A DNA stretch of 64,000 nt from Dehalococcoidia bacterium (GTDB lineage Bacteria; Chloroflexota; Dehalococcoidia; Lucifugimonadales; UBA3495), in contig CBDEUH010000004.1 of assembly GCA_965243255.1 (NCBI GenBank), positions 1,790,979 through 1,854,978 on the forward strand, read 5' to 3'. This document shows, one piece after another, positions 31,908 through 40,548 of this stretch. The notes under the pieces were generated by a model. The model did no database searches, was not told where the DNA came from, and was given only the letters and a program-made list of their open reading frames with translations. Position numbers and translations under genes: made by a program. The stretch's first letter is position 1. Each line of letters starts with the position of its first letter.

Positions 31908-33575
31908 TCAGGAGCCGGTGCGGCGGGCGATCATGGCGTCGGCCAGGGGGCTGGCGCCGGACCTGACGGCGATGTTGACCAGGGAGGGGCGCCCGGAGTT
32001 GATGGCGCGCTCCACGGCCGGGGCCACGTCGTCGGGCTGTTCGACGAGCTCGGCGTGTCCGCCGATGCCGGCCACCACCTGGTCGTAGCGGACGCCGGGG
32101 CGGAGAGCGGTGCCAACGTCGCGTCCGAAGTAGGCCAGCTGGAAGGTGCGGTCGATGCCCCAGTTGCCGTCGTTGCCCATGATGCCGGTGATGTTGAGGT
32201 TGTGGCGGATGCAGGTGTCGTACTCCATGGAGTAGAAGCCGAAGGAGCCGTCGCCCATGAAGGCCAGCACCTTGCTGTCGGGGTAGGCCAGCTTGGCGGC
32301 CATGGCGTAGGGGATTGCGCCGCCCAGGTGGCTCAGGGGGCCGAGGCGCATGAAGTGTCCGGGCTTGCGGGCGGGCAGGTAGCAGCGGCCCCACTGGACG
32401 TAGTCGCCGCCGTCCAGCACGATGAAGGTGTCCTCGTCAACCAGGTGCTCGATGCGGGTGTACACGTCGAGGGGGTGCATGGGGGCCTGGCCGGTGGCGT
32501 TGCTGCGGAGGCTATCGAGCCAGGCGGTGTGTTCCTGCTTGAGTTGGTCGAGCCAGGGGCCGAGGCTGCGGTTGGGTTTGGCGGCGGCGGTGAGCTGGTC
32601 AACGATGGCGCCGAGGTCGCCGAGCAGGCCGACGGCGACGCCCCGGTTGCGTCCGATTTCGGCCGGGGAGGGGTCGGCCTGGATGAGCTTGGTGTCGGCA
32701 TTGAAGATGCCGCCGTAGCGGTAGCGGTGGTCGAGACGCTTGCCCAGGAGCAGGACCACGTCGGCCTCGCGGAACTTGCGAGCGGTATGGTTCAGAGCGC
32801 CGTCGGCGTAGCCGAAGCAGAGGGGATGGAGGTCGTCGATGAGGCCGCGGGCCTGCTCGACGGTGAAGATGGGGGCGCCGGTGGCTTCGACCAGGGCTTC
32901 CAACTGGGCCGGTTCGACGGAGTAGCGGGCCGGGTTGCCGACGATGATGACGGGTCGCTGGGCGTTGGCGAGGAGGTTGGCGGCCTGCTCGATGAGGGTA
33001 GGGTCGCCCTGGGGACGGCCCATGTTGCGGTATTCCTGGGGCAGATACGGGGGCAGGTCTTCCTCGCTGATGGGGGCTTCCTGCAGGTCGATGGGCAGGG
33101 TGAGATGGACCGGGCCGGGGCGTCCGCTCATGGCGGTGCGGAAGGCGGTGGCGACGAATTCGGGGATGCGCTGCTTGTCGTGAATCAGCCAGGAGCCCTT
33201 GGAAACGGGGGCGGCCATGGCGACCTGGTCGATTTCCTGGAAGGTGGCCTGTCCCTTTTCGGGGAGTTCGGCGCAGCCGGCGACGAAGATGACGGGGCTT
33301 TCGGAGGTGTAGATGGCGGGCAGGCCGGAGATGGCGTTGGCGAAGCCGGGACCACCGGTGAACAAAGCGACGGCGGGCTGGCCGGTGATGCGGGCGTAGC
33401 CGTCGGCCATGTGCATGGCGGCGCCTTCGTGTCGGGTGTCGATGAACTCGATGCCCTCGTCGGCGGCGGCGTCCACCAGGGGTAGGATGGTATCGCCCAC
33501 GATGGTGAAGACCTTTTGGACTCCTTCCTGTTTCAGGCAGCGGATAAAGAGGTGGCCCCCGTTCAGGTCCGGCAT
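31908..33575 (-). CDS. Thiamine-diphosphate-dependent enzyme (acetolactate synthase / decarboxylase-like)
   Basis: 555 aa with the three-domain TPP layout: …HEGAAMHMADGYARITGQPAV…GGPGFANA… and the TPP motif GDGSFGF…N. Confidence 0.85.
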   Translation of the reverse strand: MPDLNGGHLFIRCLKQEGVQKVFTIVGDTILPLVDAAADEGIEFIDTRHEGAAMHMADGYARITGQPAVALFTGGPGFANAISGLPAIYTSESPVIFVAGCAELPEKGQATFQEIDQVAMAAPVSKGSWLIHDKQRIPEFVATAFRTAMSGRPGPVHLTLPIDLQEAPISEEDLPPYLPQEYRNMGRPQGDPTLIEQAANLLANAQRPVIIVGNPARYSVEPAQLEALVEATGAPIFTVEQARGLIDDLHPLCFGYADGALNHTARKFREADVVLLLGKRLDHRYRYGGIFNADTKLIQADPSPAEIGRNRGVAVGLLGDLGAIVDQLTAAAKPNRSLGPWLDQLKQEHTAWLDSLRSNATGQAPMHPLDVYTRIEHLVDEDTFIVLDGGDYVQWGRCYLPARKPGHFMRLGPLSHLGGAIPYAMAAKLAYPDSKVLAFMGDGSFGFYSMEYDTCIRHNLNITGIMGNDGNWGIDRTFQLAYFGRDVGTALRPGVRYDQVVAGIGGHAELVEQPDDVAPAVERAINSGRPSLVNIAVRSGASPLADAMIARRTGS

Positions 33576-33643
33576 AGGTATGACTCCTGGTATGGCATGG
33601 GTAGCCCGCTGGGGGCGGGCGGGGTAATGGTATCACAGGCCCA

Positions 33644-33652
33644 TGCTATAAT
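33644..33652 (+). promoter_or_regulatory. Extended -10 box TGCTATAAT upstream of the antitoxin/PIN pair
   Basis: 36 nt upstream of ATG 33689. Confidence 0.4.
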
Positions 33653-33688
33653 CGGGCTACAATCGCTTCGCGGCGAGGGTTGCCTACT

Positions 33689-33955
33689 ATGATCACTCCT
33701 GAAAAGAACGAAGACAAAGAGCCGACCGAACAGGGCGAAGACTCTGCCATCAAAAAGCTCTACGACGCGTTGCCCGATTTTTGGAAAGGGTACGTCGGGG
33801 TGGTGGACAGCAGCAAGGACCCGAATGCCGGTACTTACAAAACATCGGCCTCCAAATACGGCCAAGAATACAGCGACATGCTGTGGGAAGAGTACCAGCG
33901 GGACCAGGCCGAGGCCAAGCTTCGAAACGAACGCGAACGCAAGCGGCAGCAATGA
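33689..33955 (+). CDS. Small charged protein, putative antitoxin partner of downstream PIN gene
   Basis: 88 aa from ATG 33689. Its stop overlaps the PIN start (ATGA). No recognisable RHH/AbrB motif; the call rests on position only. Confidence 0.4.
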   Translation: MITPEKNEDKEPTEQGEDSAIKKLYDALPDFWKGYVGVVDSSKDPNAGTYKTSASKYGQEYSDMLWEEYQRDQAEAKLRNERERKRQQ

Positions 33956-34353
33956 TGCTGACGGACACTGGGCCGCTGGTTGGCCTGATCAACGTCGCTG
34001 ACCAGCATCATGCCCGATGCCTCGCAGCCTTACCCCCGGAGCCGCTACTTACCACCTGGCCTTGCTTCGCTGAGGCTATGCACCTGCTGTGGAGGGACGG
34101 CGGCCATCGCTATCGGGCTACGCTTTGGGATATGTACTTTGACGGGAGGTTGGTACTCCATGAACTGACGGCAGCGGAAACCGTGCGCATGGCCGCGCTG
34201 ATGGAACAGTACCGGGACTTGCCGATGGATTTAGCGGACGCGTCACTGGTGGCGGTAGCGGAGAGCCTGGGTATGCGGCGGGTGTTCACGGTTGACCGGC
34301 AGTTTTTTGTGTATCGGCTGGGGGATGGCGGCGCGCTGACGGTTGTGCCGTAG
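33952..34353 (+). CDS. PIN-domain protein (VapC-like toxin)
   Basis: 133 aa: MMLTDTGPLVGL…, …DLADASLVAVAE…VFTVDRQF.VYR give the acidic PIN residues in the canonical order. Confidence 0.75.
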   Translation: MMLTDTGPLVGLINVADQHHARCLAALPPEPLLTTWPCFAEAMHLLWRDGGHRYRATLWDMYFDGRLVLHELTAAETVRMAALMEQYRDLPMDLADASLVAVAESLGMRRVFTVDRQFFVYRLGDGGALTVVP

Positions 34354-35193
34354 ATGGGCAAGCTGTACGTGGTGGGGACTCCCATCGGGAACCTGGAGGA
34401 CATTACGGTGCGGGCGGCGCGGGTGTTGGCGTCGGCGGCACTGGTGGCGGCGGAGGATACGCGGGTTACGCGGCGGCTGCTGGCGCATCTGGAGGCCAGG
34501 CCGCGGGTGGTCAGTTGCAACGAGCACAACTGGCAACGGCGGCTGCCGTCGCTGCTGGAGGCGTTGGACATCGGCGACGTGGCGCTGGTTACCGACGCGG
34601 GGTCGCCGGCAATCAGCGATCCCGGCGCAGGTCTGGTGGCGGCGATTGCCGGGGCCGGGCATGAGGTGGTCAGCGTGCCGGGGGTTTCGGCGGTGGCGGC
34701 AGCGTTGTCGGTGGCCGGGTTTGCCGCCGACCGGTTCGTGTTCCTGGGGTTTCTGCCCCGGCGTGGGACGGAGCGCAGGGCTGCGTTGGAAGATGCGGCG
34801 AGCCTGGGGCAGACGCTGGTATTGTTCGAAGCGCCGCATCGCCTGAAGGCGACGCTGGCGGACATCGCCGAGACGCTGGGCGACCCGCCGCTGGCGGTGT
34901 GCCGGGAGCTGACCAAGCTGCACGAGGAGGTCTGGCGCGGCACGGCGTCAGGTGCGTTGGATTACTTTGCAGAGCCGAGAGGGGAGTTCACCATTGTGGT
35001 GGGGGCGGCGGCTGATGAGGGCGTGGATGCAGCGGCGACGGAGCCGGCCATCACGGTTGCGGCGGCGCGGGAGGCGTTGGCGCAGCGGCGGGCGGAGGGA
35101 ATGCGCGGGCAGGCGGCGGTGGCGGAAGTGGTGGCGGCCACCGGGCTGTCGCGGCGGGTGGTGTATGGGTTATGGGTGGAGACGGGGGGTTAG
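34354..35193 (+). CDS. rsmI: 16S rRNA (cytidine1402-2'-O)-methyltransferase
   Basis: MGKLYVVGTPIGNLEDITVRAARVL…AEDTR.T..LL…SDAG.P.ISDPG… is the tetrapyrrole-methylase-fold RsmI signature. Confidence 0.9.
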   Translation: MGKLYVVGTPIGNLEDITVRAARVLASAALVAAEDTRVTRRLLAHLEARPRVVSCNEHNWQRRLPSLLEALDIGDVALVTDAGSPAISDPGAGLVAAIAGAGHEVVSVPGVSAVAAALSVAGFAADRFVFLGFLPRRGTERRAALEDAASLGQTLVLFEAPHRLKATLADIAETLGDPPLAVCRELTKLHEEVWRGTASGALDYFAEPRGEFTIVVGAAADEGVDAAATEPAITVAAAREALAQRRAEGMRGQAAVAEVVAATGLSRRVVYGLWVETGG

Positions 35194-35219
35194 ATTCCGG
35201 CTTTCACCGGAATGACGGG
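35193..35219 (+). repeat. REP-like element, family A
   Basis: gattccggctttcaccggaatgacggg; begins at the last base of the rsmI stop codon. Confidence 0.75.
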
Positions 35220-35268
35220 ACGATGCGGGAAAGGACTGGGGCGATGGGAGAGTTGCGGGACGGCGGCG

Positions 35269-36069
35269 CTAGGCGCAGACGACGACGGCTTCGCCGAGGC
35301 CCTCGATGGAGACGCGGCCCTCGGAGGCGAAGCCCAGGGGCGTGGGCGGGACCAGGCTGCCGGTGATGACGGTGTCGCCGGCCTTGAGGGGATGGTTGCG
35401 GGCGGACAGCTCGTTGGCCAGCCAGACCAGCGGCTCGAAGGGGTGGCCCATGACGTCGCGGCCGTAGCCCTCCCCCACCTGCTCGTGGTTGATTTTCATG
35501 ACGCCGTGGCAGCCGACCAGGTCGAGGCTCTGCCAGTCGGTGACCGGGTCGCCGAGGACGACGCCGGCATTGAGGATGTTGACGGCGACGCTGAGCAGGG
35601 TGCGTTCTTCGGTGGTGAGGTCGTCGGGAGTGCGGATGTCCACAATCTCGAAGGCGGTGGCGACTTCGGCGACGGCGTCGGCGACGGTGTCGCGGGTGTA
35701 GGGCGCGCCGGAGGCGGGGAGGTCTTTGCCCAGGGTAACGCCGACTTCCAGCTCGATGCCCAGGTTGACGTACTCGGTGAAGTTGAGGACGACCGGGGAG
35801 CGCAGGATGGTCTTCTCGAAGACGCCGCCGAGCACCGGATGGTTGAGGCCGGCGCGTTCCTGCATAACGGGGGTGGTGTAGGCGAGCTTGTAGCCGGCCA
35901 GCGGCCCCCACAGGCTGGACAACATGCAGTGGAGTTCCAGCTGGATGGCATAGGCCTCGTCCAGGGTTTTGGGAAACAGGCGGTCGGGGAGCCGGTCGAA
36001 GGGTTGCACGGCCTGGTATTTTTCGAAAATCAACTCGGCGGCTTCGCGGGCCGGCGTGGTGGTTACCAT
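35269..36069 (-). CDS. 2-keto-4-pentenoate hydratase-like (FAH-family hydratase/decarboxylase)
   Basis: 266 aa: …LDEAYAIQLEL……GYKLAYTTP…, …IELEVGVTLGKDL…, …GDTVITGSL…. Confidence 0.8.
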   Translation of the reverse strand: MVTTTPAREAAELIFEKYQAVQPFDRLPDRLFPKTLDEAYAIQLELHCMLSSLWGPLAGYKLAYTTPVMQERAGLNHPVLGGVFEKTILRSPVVLNFTEYVNLGIELEVGVTLGKDLPASGAPYTRDTVADAVAEVATAFEIVDIRTPDDLTTEERTLLSVAVNILNAGVVLGDPVTDWQSLDLVGCHGVMKINHEQVGEGYGRDVMGHPFEPLVWLANELSARNHPLKAGDTVITGSLVPPTPLGFASEGRVSIEGLGEAVVVCA

Positions 36070-36106
36070 GGTGGCCTCCTGGAGTACGGTTCGGCTGGGA
36101 TTATAA

Positions 36107-36139
36107 CCAGAGGGGCGGGTGTGTGAAACCCGCCCCTGG
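36107..36139 (-). terminator. Hairpin after CDGSH gene
   Basis: ccaggggcgggt-gtgtgaa-acccgcccctgg (12-bp stem). Confidence 0.55.
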
Positions 36140-36168
36140 TTGATTGCCTTGCGATGGGCGTCCGGAAG

Positions 36169-36375
36169 CTAACGCGCCTCGCTGACCGCCTCGAAGCCGC
36201 AGTCGCGGTGGGTGCCGTCGCAGAAGGGCTTGTTGTCGGACTGTCCGCAGCGGCAGAAGGAGACCCACTGTCCTTCGGGGACGGCGTAGTTGTTGCCGTC
36301 CTGGTCAACAATTTCGATTTCTCCGATGACCCGCAGGGGGCCGTTGCCGCGAACTTCTACCTTGACGTCTGCCAT
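36169..36375 (-). CDS. CDGSH-type iron-sulfur domain protein
   Basis: 68 aa containing CRCGQSDNKPFCDGTH (C-x-C-x2-S-x5-C-D-G-S/T-H). Confidence 0.85.
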   Translation of the reverse strand: MADVKVEVRGNGPLRVIGEIEIVDQDGNNYAVPEGQWVSFCRCGQSDNKPFCDGTHRDCGFEAVSEAR

Positions 36376-36487
36376 TATGACGTTCCTCCTCAGGTTGGTT
36401 TGGTGAATGGCGGTTGCCCAGCCGACGGGGTTAGCGGCGCCGTCGGCAAGGCAAAGTGATTATTCACGAAAACGGGGCGTGGGTCAA

Positions 36488-36883
36488 TTAGAGGTTGACC
36501 ACCAGGTTGTCGGGGGCGCGGCAGAGGATGCCTTCCTGCTCTTCGTCGTAGGGGTTTTCCTCGATGTGGGGGGTGTTGGCCGGGACGAAGATGAAGTCGC
36601 CGGGGCCGGCTTCAATCCATTCCTCGAAGTTCTCGCCGAAATAGACGCGGACGTAGCCACGCAGGACGTAGGCGGCGGTTTCGGCTTCCAGGTGGGTGTG
36701 CGGCGGGCCCTTTTCGCGGGGGGCGGCGGTAACCTTGCCCATCCAGATCTTGGTGGTGTCGCCCTTGCCGGGGACGATGGCGGGCTGGCGGACCATGCCG
36801 GGGGTCTGGATGGTTTCGGAGGCGTCGCCGACGGTGTGGACGACGTAGGGTTTGAGGGTAGTTTGCGGTTGGGTGGTGGTCAT
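36488..36883 (-). CDS. Cupin-domain protein
   Basis: ATG 36881-36883 with AAAGGAGC RBS upstream. 131 aa with cupin motifs (…GPPHTHLEAETAAYVLRGYV…GDFIFVPANTPH…). Confidence 0.75.
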   Translation of the reverse strand: MTTTQPQTTLKPYVVHTVGDASETIQTPGMVRQPAIVPGKGDTTKIWMGKVTAAPREKGPPHTHLEAETAAYVLRGYVRVYFGENFEEWIEAGPGDFIFVPANTPHIEENPYDEEQEGILCRAPDNLVVNL

Positions 36884-36990
36884 GGTTGTTGCTCCTTTGG
36901 TTGATGGGGCGGGTTTGCTGCTGTCGGCGGGTTGGATGATAAGGTCGCGGCGGTTGGGATACAAGGGGGAGGAGATGAGGTGAGTGAGGG

Positions 36991-37953
36991 TCATGGGGCT
37001 GGCTCCGGTGCGCCCACCTTCAATTCGTTTATTACCTGTTTCAAATAAGGTTGAATGGCGTTCTTCAAGTCAACCAGATTGACGAACATCCACTCTCTGA
37101 TTTTGTCAAGTGCTTCGGGCGGGTCGCCGATGGCGCCATTTCGTGACAAGAACACAGAGCACATGCGTTGCTTGTCACGTCTGTCCCATGTCAGTGTCCC
37201 GTTGATCTCACCCTCAATCTCGTTTCGAAGGCCGTGCAACGCGTCAAAAACTTGTTTGTTATATTCCCTATCCTCGGTCGCAATCCACAAATACGCCGAC
37301 GCAGAGGGGCCACTCCAGAAACCCACGGCGTAGGTTATGCCATCGTATCCGGATGGAAACGCGTGGTCATTGGCAGCCAGTGCCGCGACCCGGTCTGTAA
37401 TTCCCTCCTCTCTTAACCGGTCAATCAAAGGCTGAAAGAAATCACGGTATTTTTGTCCATTACTTCGGCGCCCGCTTACGGACGTATAGTCGAAATCGTT
37501 TGGGCCCGCAATGAGTTTGAGATATGGAGCATAGGCGTCTCCAATTCTCCAAGCGCTAACTTCGACAGCGTAAATTCGGACGCCATTTCGATTGAGCCAT
37601 TTTACGGTGCGACGATGCCAATCTGTGAATCCGCTTGCAACCCAGATCAGGATATCCGAGTTGCTATGGGCTGCGTATCCAAGGATGCCAGCGCCATGGT
37701 CGTTGTCGGAGGTTTCCAGTTGGTTTTCGATAACCACCCCGGTTCCCGTGTCAACCTCTTTGGCCAAGATGTCAACGCGTCCTCCCTCGCCGGGTAACGT
37801 TGCTTCCGTGTCGACCAACTCTAACTGCAAGCCAACCGCCTCGCTGAGCACATCAAGATTTCTGGCCAACCAAGGGGTGAAGTTTAACGCTTCGTGCGGC
37901 CAAACGTTGCGAACGCCAACACGTTCGAATTTTCCCAGGTCTCTCGTGGCCAT
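36991..37953 (-). CDS. PD-(D/E)xK nuclease-like N-domain + DUF4268-like C-domain protein
   Basis: 320 aa. N-terminus …VWPHEALNFTPWLARNLDVLSEAVGL…GRVDILAKEVDTGTGVVIENQLETSDNDHGAGILGYAA… carries D…E.Q core residues. GC is clearly lower than the flanks (~47% in one hand-counted line). Confidence 0.6.
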   Translation of the reverse strand: MATRDLGKFERVGVRNVWPHEALNFTPWLARNLDVLSEAVGLQLELVDTEATLPGEGGRVDILAKEVDTGTGVVIENQLETSDNDHGAGILGYAAHSNSDILIWVASGFTDWHRRTVKWLNRNGVRIYAVEVSAWRIGDAYAPYLKLIAGPNDFDYTSVSGRRSNGQKYRDFFQPLIDRLREEGITDRVAALAANDHAFPSGYDGITYAVGFWSGPSASAYLWIATEDREYNKQVFDALHGLRNEIEGEINGTLTWDRRDKQRMCSVFLSRNGAIGDPPEALDKIREWMFVNLVDLKNAIQPYLKQVINELKVGAPEPAP

Positions 37954-37984
37954 AGCCAGGCTTTATAACCTCGTCGCTCGTTAA

Positions 37985-38014
37985 AGTAGGGGCGAATGGT
38001 TGTTCGCCCCTACT
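37985..38014 (-). terminator. Hairpin after molybdopterin-subunit gene
   Basis: agtaggggcgaa-tggttg-ttcgcccctact (12-bp stem). Confidence 0.55.
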
Positions 38015-38042
38015 ATGGTATCACCGGAGTGTTACGGGTTGG

Positions 38043-40376
38043 TTAGGTGGCGTTTTGTTGCCAGAGGGCTTCGAGGACGGCGCCGGGGTTCATGGGGAGG
38101 TTGGTCAGGCGGACGCCGGTGGCGTCGTGGATGGCGTTGGCGATGGCGGCCATGGGCGGGACGATGGGCACTTCGCCGACGCCGCGCACGCCGTAGGGAT
38201 GGCCGGGGTTGGGCACCTCCACCACTACGGTGTCAATCATGGGCAGGTCCAGGGCCGTAGGCATCCGGTAGTCCAGGAAGCTGGAGTTCTGCATCTGGGC
38301 GTCGTCGTTGAAGTAGTACTCCTCGTTGAGGGCCCAGCCGATGCCCTGGACGGCGCCGCCCTGGATTTGTCCCTCCACGTAGGACGGGTGGATGGCGGTG
38401 CCGGCGTCCTGGATGGCGGTGTAGCGCAGGATGTCCACCTTGCCGGTGTCTTCGTCCACGGCCACGTCGGCGATGTGCAGGGCGTAGGCACCGCCGACGC
38501 CGGTGGGGGAGACGTTGGCGCGTCCGACGATGGGGCCGCCGGTGCCGTTGAGACGGGCGGCCAGCTGCTGGAAGGTGAAGCGCAGTTCCGGCTCGGACTT
38601 GTGCTGGATGACGCCGGCGTCGTACTCGACGTTTTCGGGGTCGATGTCCCAGATGCGGGCGGCGCGTTCAATCATCTGGCGTTTCACGTCCTGGGCGGCT
38701 TCGTAGGAGGCCCAGCCGGTCTTGAAGGCGACGCCGCTGCCGCCGGTCATGGAAGTCCAGCCGATGGAGTTGGTGTCGCCGACGGCGGGGGACACGTCTT
38801 CGGCGGCGATGCCGAGGACTTCGGCGACGTGCATGGCGGCGACGGCGCGGGAGCCGCCGATGTCGGGGGAACCCTCGACCAGGCTGACGGTGCCGTCGGC
38901 CAGGACGCTGGCGATGGCGCTGGCGGGGCCGGTGCCGTTGAACCAGAAGCCGCCGGCGACGCCGCGACCGACCTTTTTGCCCTCAGCTTCGGGGGAGCGA
39001 TCGATGGGGGCGTTCCAGTGGTCGTGCTCGCGTCCGGCCTGGACGGTTTCCAGCCAGCCGATGCTGCCGAACTGGGGGCCGGTGACGCGGCGGTCGCCCG
39101 GCCTGGCGCCGTTGAGGGTGCGGAACTCGAGCTTGTCCATGCCGATGGCGTCGCAGATTTCGTCAACGACGGATTCGACGGCGAAGGCGGCGGCCGGGGA
39201 GCCGGGGGCGCGGTAGGCGGCCGTCTTGGGATGGTTGAGCACCACGTCAGCAGCCTCGACGCGGCCGTTTTCGATGTTGTAGCAGGAGAGGGCGCACTGG
39301 GCGCCGGGGTTGACCGGGGAGCCGGGGAAGGCGCCGGCCTCGTAATAGAGGGAGACGTCGGCGGCGGTGATTTTGCCGTCGTTGGTTACGCCCATCTTGA
39401 CGCGGAGGTAGCCGCCGGAGGTGGGGCCGGTGCCCTCGAAGACCTCGGTGCGGGACATTTGAATCTTGACGGGGCGGCCGGTCTTGCGGGACAGGGCGGC
39501 GGCCACGGGTTCGAGGTACACCAGGGTCTTGCCGCCGAAGCCGCCGCCGATTTCCAGCTGGGTTACCAGGACCTTGGACACGGGGATGCCCAGGATGGTG
39601 GCGGTCTGATCGCGGACGTTGAAGTGGCCCTGGCTGCTGCACCAGAGATGGAGTGAACCGTCGGCGTTCCAGAGGGCGGTGGCGGCGTGGGGTTCGATGT
39701 AGCCCTGGTGGACGGCCTTGGTGCGGAACTCGCGCTCGATGACCACGTCGGCGGCGGCGAATCCGGCATCCAAGTCGCCGGTTTCGTAGAAGTAGCGGTT
39801 GGGGACGTTGCCGGTCTTGCCGGCGTCGTCCTCGGCCATGAGGCCGCCGGGGCGGACGTTGGGGTCGTTGAGGTTGGCGAGGCGTTCGTGAACCAGGGGG
39901 GCGTCGTCGCGCATGGCTTCGAGGACGTCCTGCACCGGGGTGAGCACTTCGTAGTCAACGTCGATGAGAGCGAGGGCGAGCTCGGCCTCGTGGGCGCTGT
40001 CGGCGGCAACGGCGGCGATGGCGTGGCCCTTGTAGAGGGCTTTTTCGGCGGCCAGGCAGTTGTTGCTGAGGAACTTGGGGTTAATCATGGCCCCTTCGCC
40101 CAGGTCGATGACCCGGCCGGCCGGCTGGGGGAAGTCGGCGGAGGTTACCACGGCGTGGATGCCGGGCATGGCCTGGGCCTTGCTGGTGTCGATGGACTTG
40201 ATGCGGGCGTGAGCGTGGGGGCTACGCAGGACCTTGGCGTAGAGCATTCCGGGCAGGGTGATGTCGGCGCCGTACTGGGCCCGGCCGGTAACCTTGTCGG
40301 TACCGTCGTGGCGGATGGGACGGCTGCCGATAACGCGGTAGCCATTGGTAGCGGCGGACTGCTGGGTGGTAGTCAT
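38043..40376 (-). CDS. Xanthine-dehydrogenase-family molybdopterin-binding (large) subunit
   Basis: ATG 40374-40376 (MTTTQQSAATNGYRVIGSRPIRHDGTDKVTGRAQYGADI…). 777 aa with the aldehyde oxidase/XDH a/b-hammerhead and MoCo domains. Confidence 0.9.
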   Translation of the reverse strand: MTTTQQSAATNGYRVIGSRPIRHDGTDKVTGRAQYGADITLPGMLYAKVLRSPHAHARIKSIDTSKAQAMPGIHAVVTSADFPQPAGRVIDLGEGAMINPKFLSNNCLAAEKALYKGHAIAAVAADSAHEAELALALIDVDYEVLTPVQDVLEAMRDDAPLVHERLANLNDPNVRPGGLMAEDDAGKTGNVPNRYFYETGDLDAGFAAADVVIEREFRTKAVHQGYIEPHAATALWNADGSLHLWCSSQGHFNVRDQTATILGIPVSKVLVTQLEIGGGFGGKTLVYLEPVAAALSRKTGRPVKIQMSRTEVFEGTGPTSGGYLRVKMGVTNDGKITAADVSLYYEAGAFPGSPVNPGAQCALSCYNIENGRVEAADVVLNHPKTAAYRAPGSPAAAFAVESVVDEICDAIGMDKLEFRTLNGARPGDRRVTGPQFGSIGWLETVQAGREHDHWNAPIDRSPEAEGKKVGRGVAGGFWFNGTGPASAIASVLADGTVSLVEGSPDIGGSRAVAAMHVAEVLGIAAEDVSPAVGDTNSIGWTSMTGGSGVAFKTGWASYEAAQDVKRQMIERAARIWDIDPENVEYDAGVIQHKSEPELRFTFQQLAARLNGTGGPIVGRANVSPTGVGGAYALHIADVAVDEDTGKVDILRYTAIQDAGTAIHPSYVEGQIQGGAVQGIGWALNEEYYFNDDAQMQNSSFLDYRMPTALDLPMIDTVVVEVPNPGHPYGVRGVGEVPIVPPMAAIANAIHDATGVRLTNLPMNPGAVLEALWQQNAT

Positions 40377-40464
40377 GGTTCGTCTCCCAAAGGTGTCGGA
40401 TGGTACGGAAGCGGGGTGATGGCGGCATATTACCATTTATGGCAGGTAATGACAGGGGGCTGCG

Positions 40465-40491
40465 TTGCATTATGCAAACCTGCGCTATAAT
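40465..40491 (+). promoter_or_regulatory. Candidate promoter of CoA-transferase gene: 13-bp palindrome TTGCATTATGCAA over the -35 region, then TATAAT
   Basis: ttgcat-t-atgcaa at 40465-40477 and tataat at 40486-40491. Confidence 0.4.
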
Positions 40492-40548
40492 ATCGCCCGC
40501 AGCAGCGAGGCCGGGGCGAAAAACCGGCTCCGGCGGAGGTAACACTGC

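Noticed and set aside
31374-33485. 703-aa plus-strand ORF
   Set aside because: It lies antisense to the TPP-enzyme gene and the 5' end of rdhA-like paralogue 2. It is a Gly/Ala/Val/Asp-rich shadow ORF.
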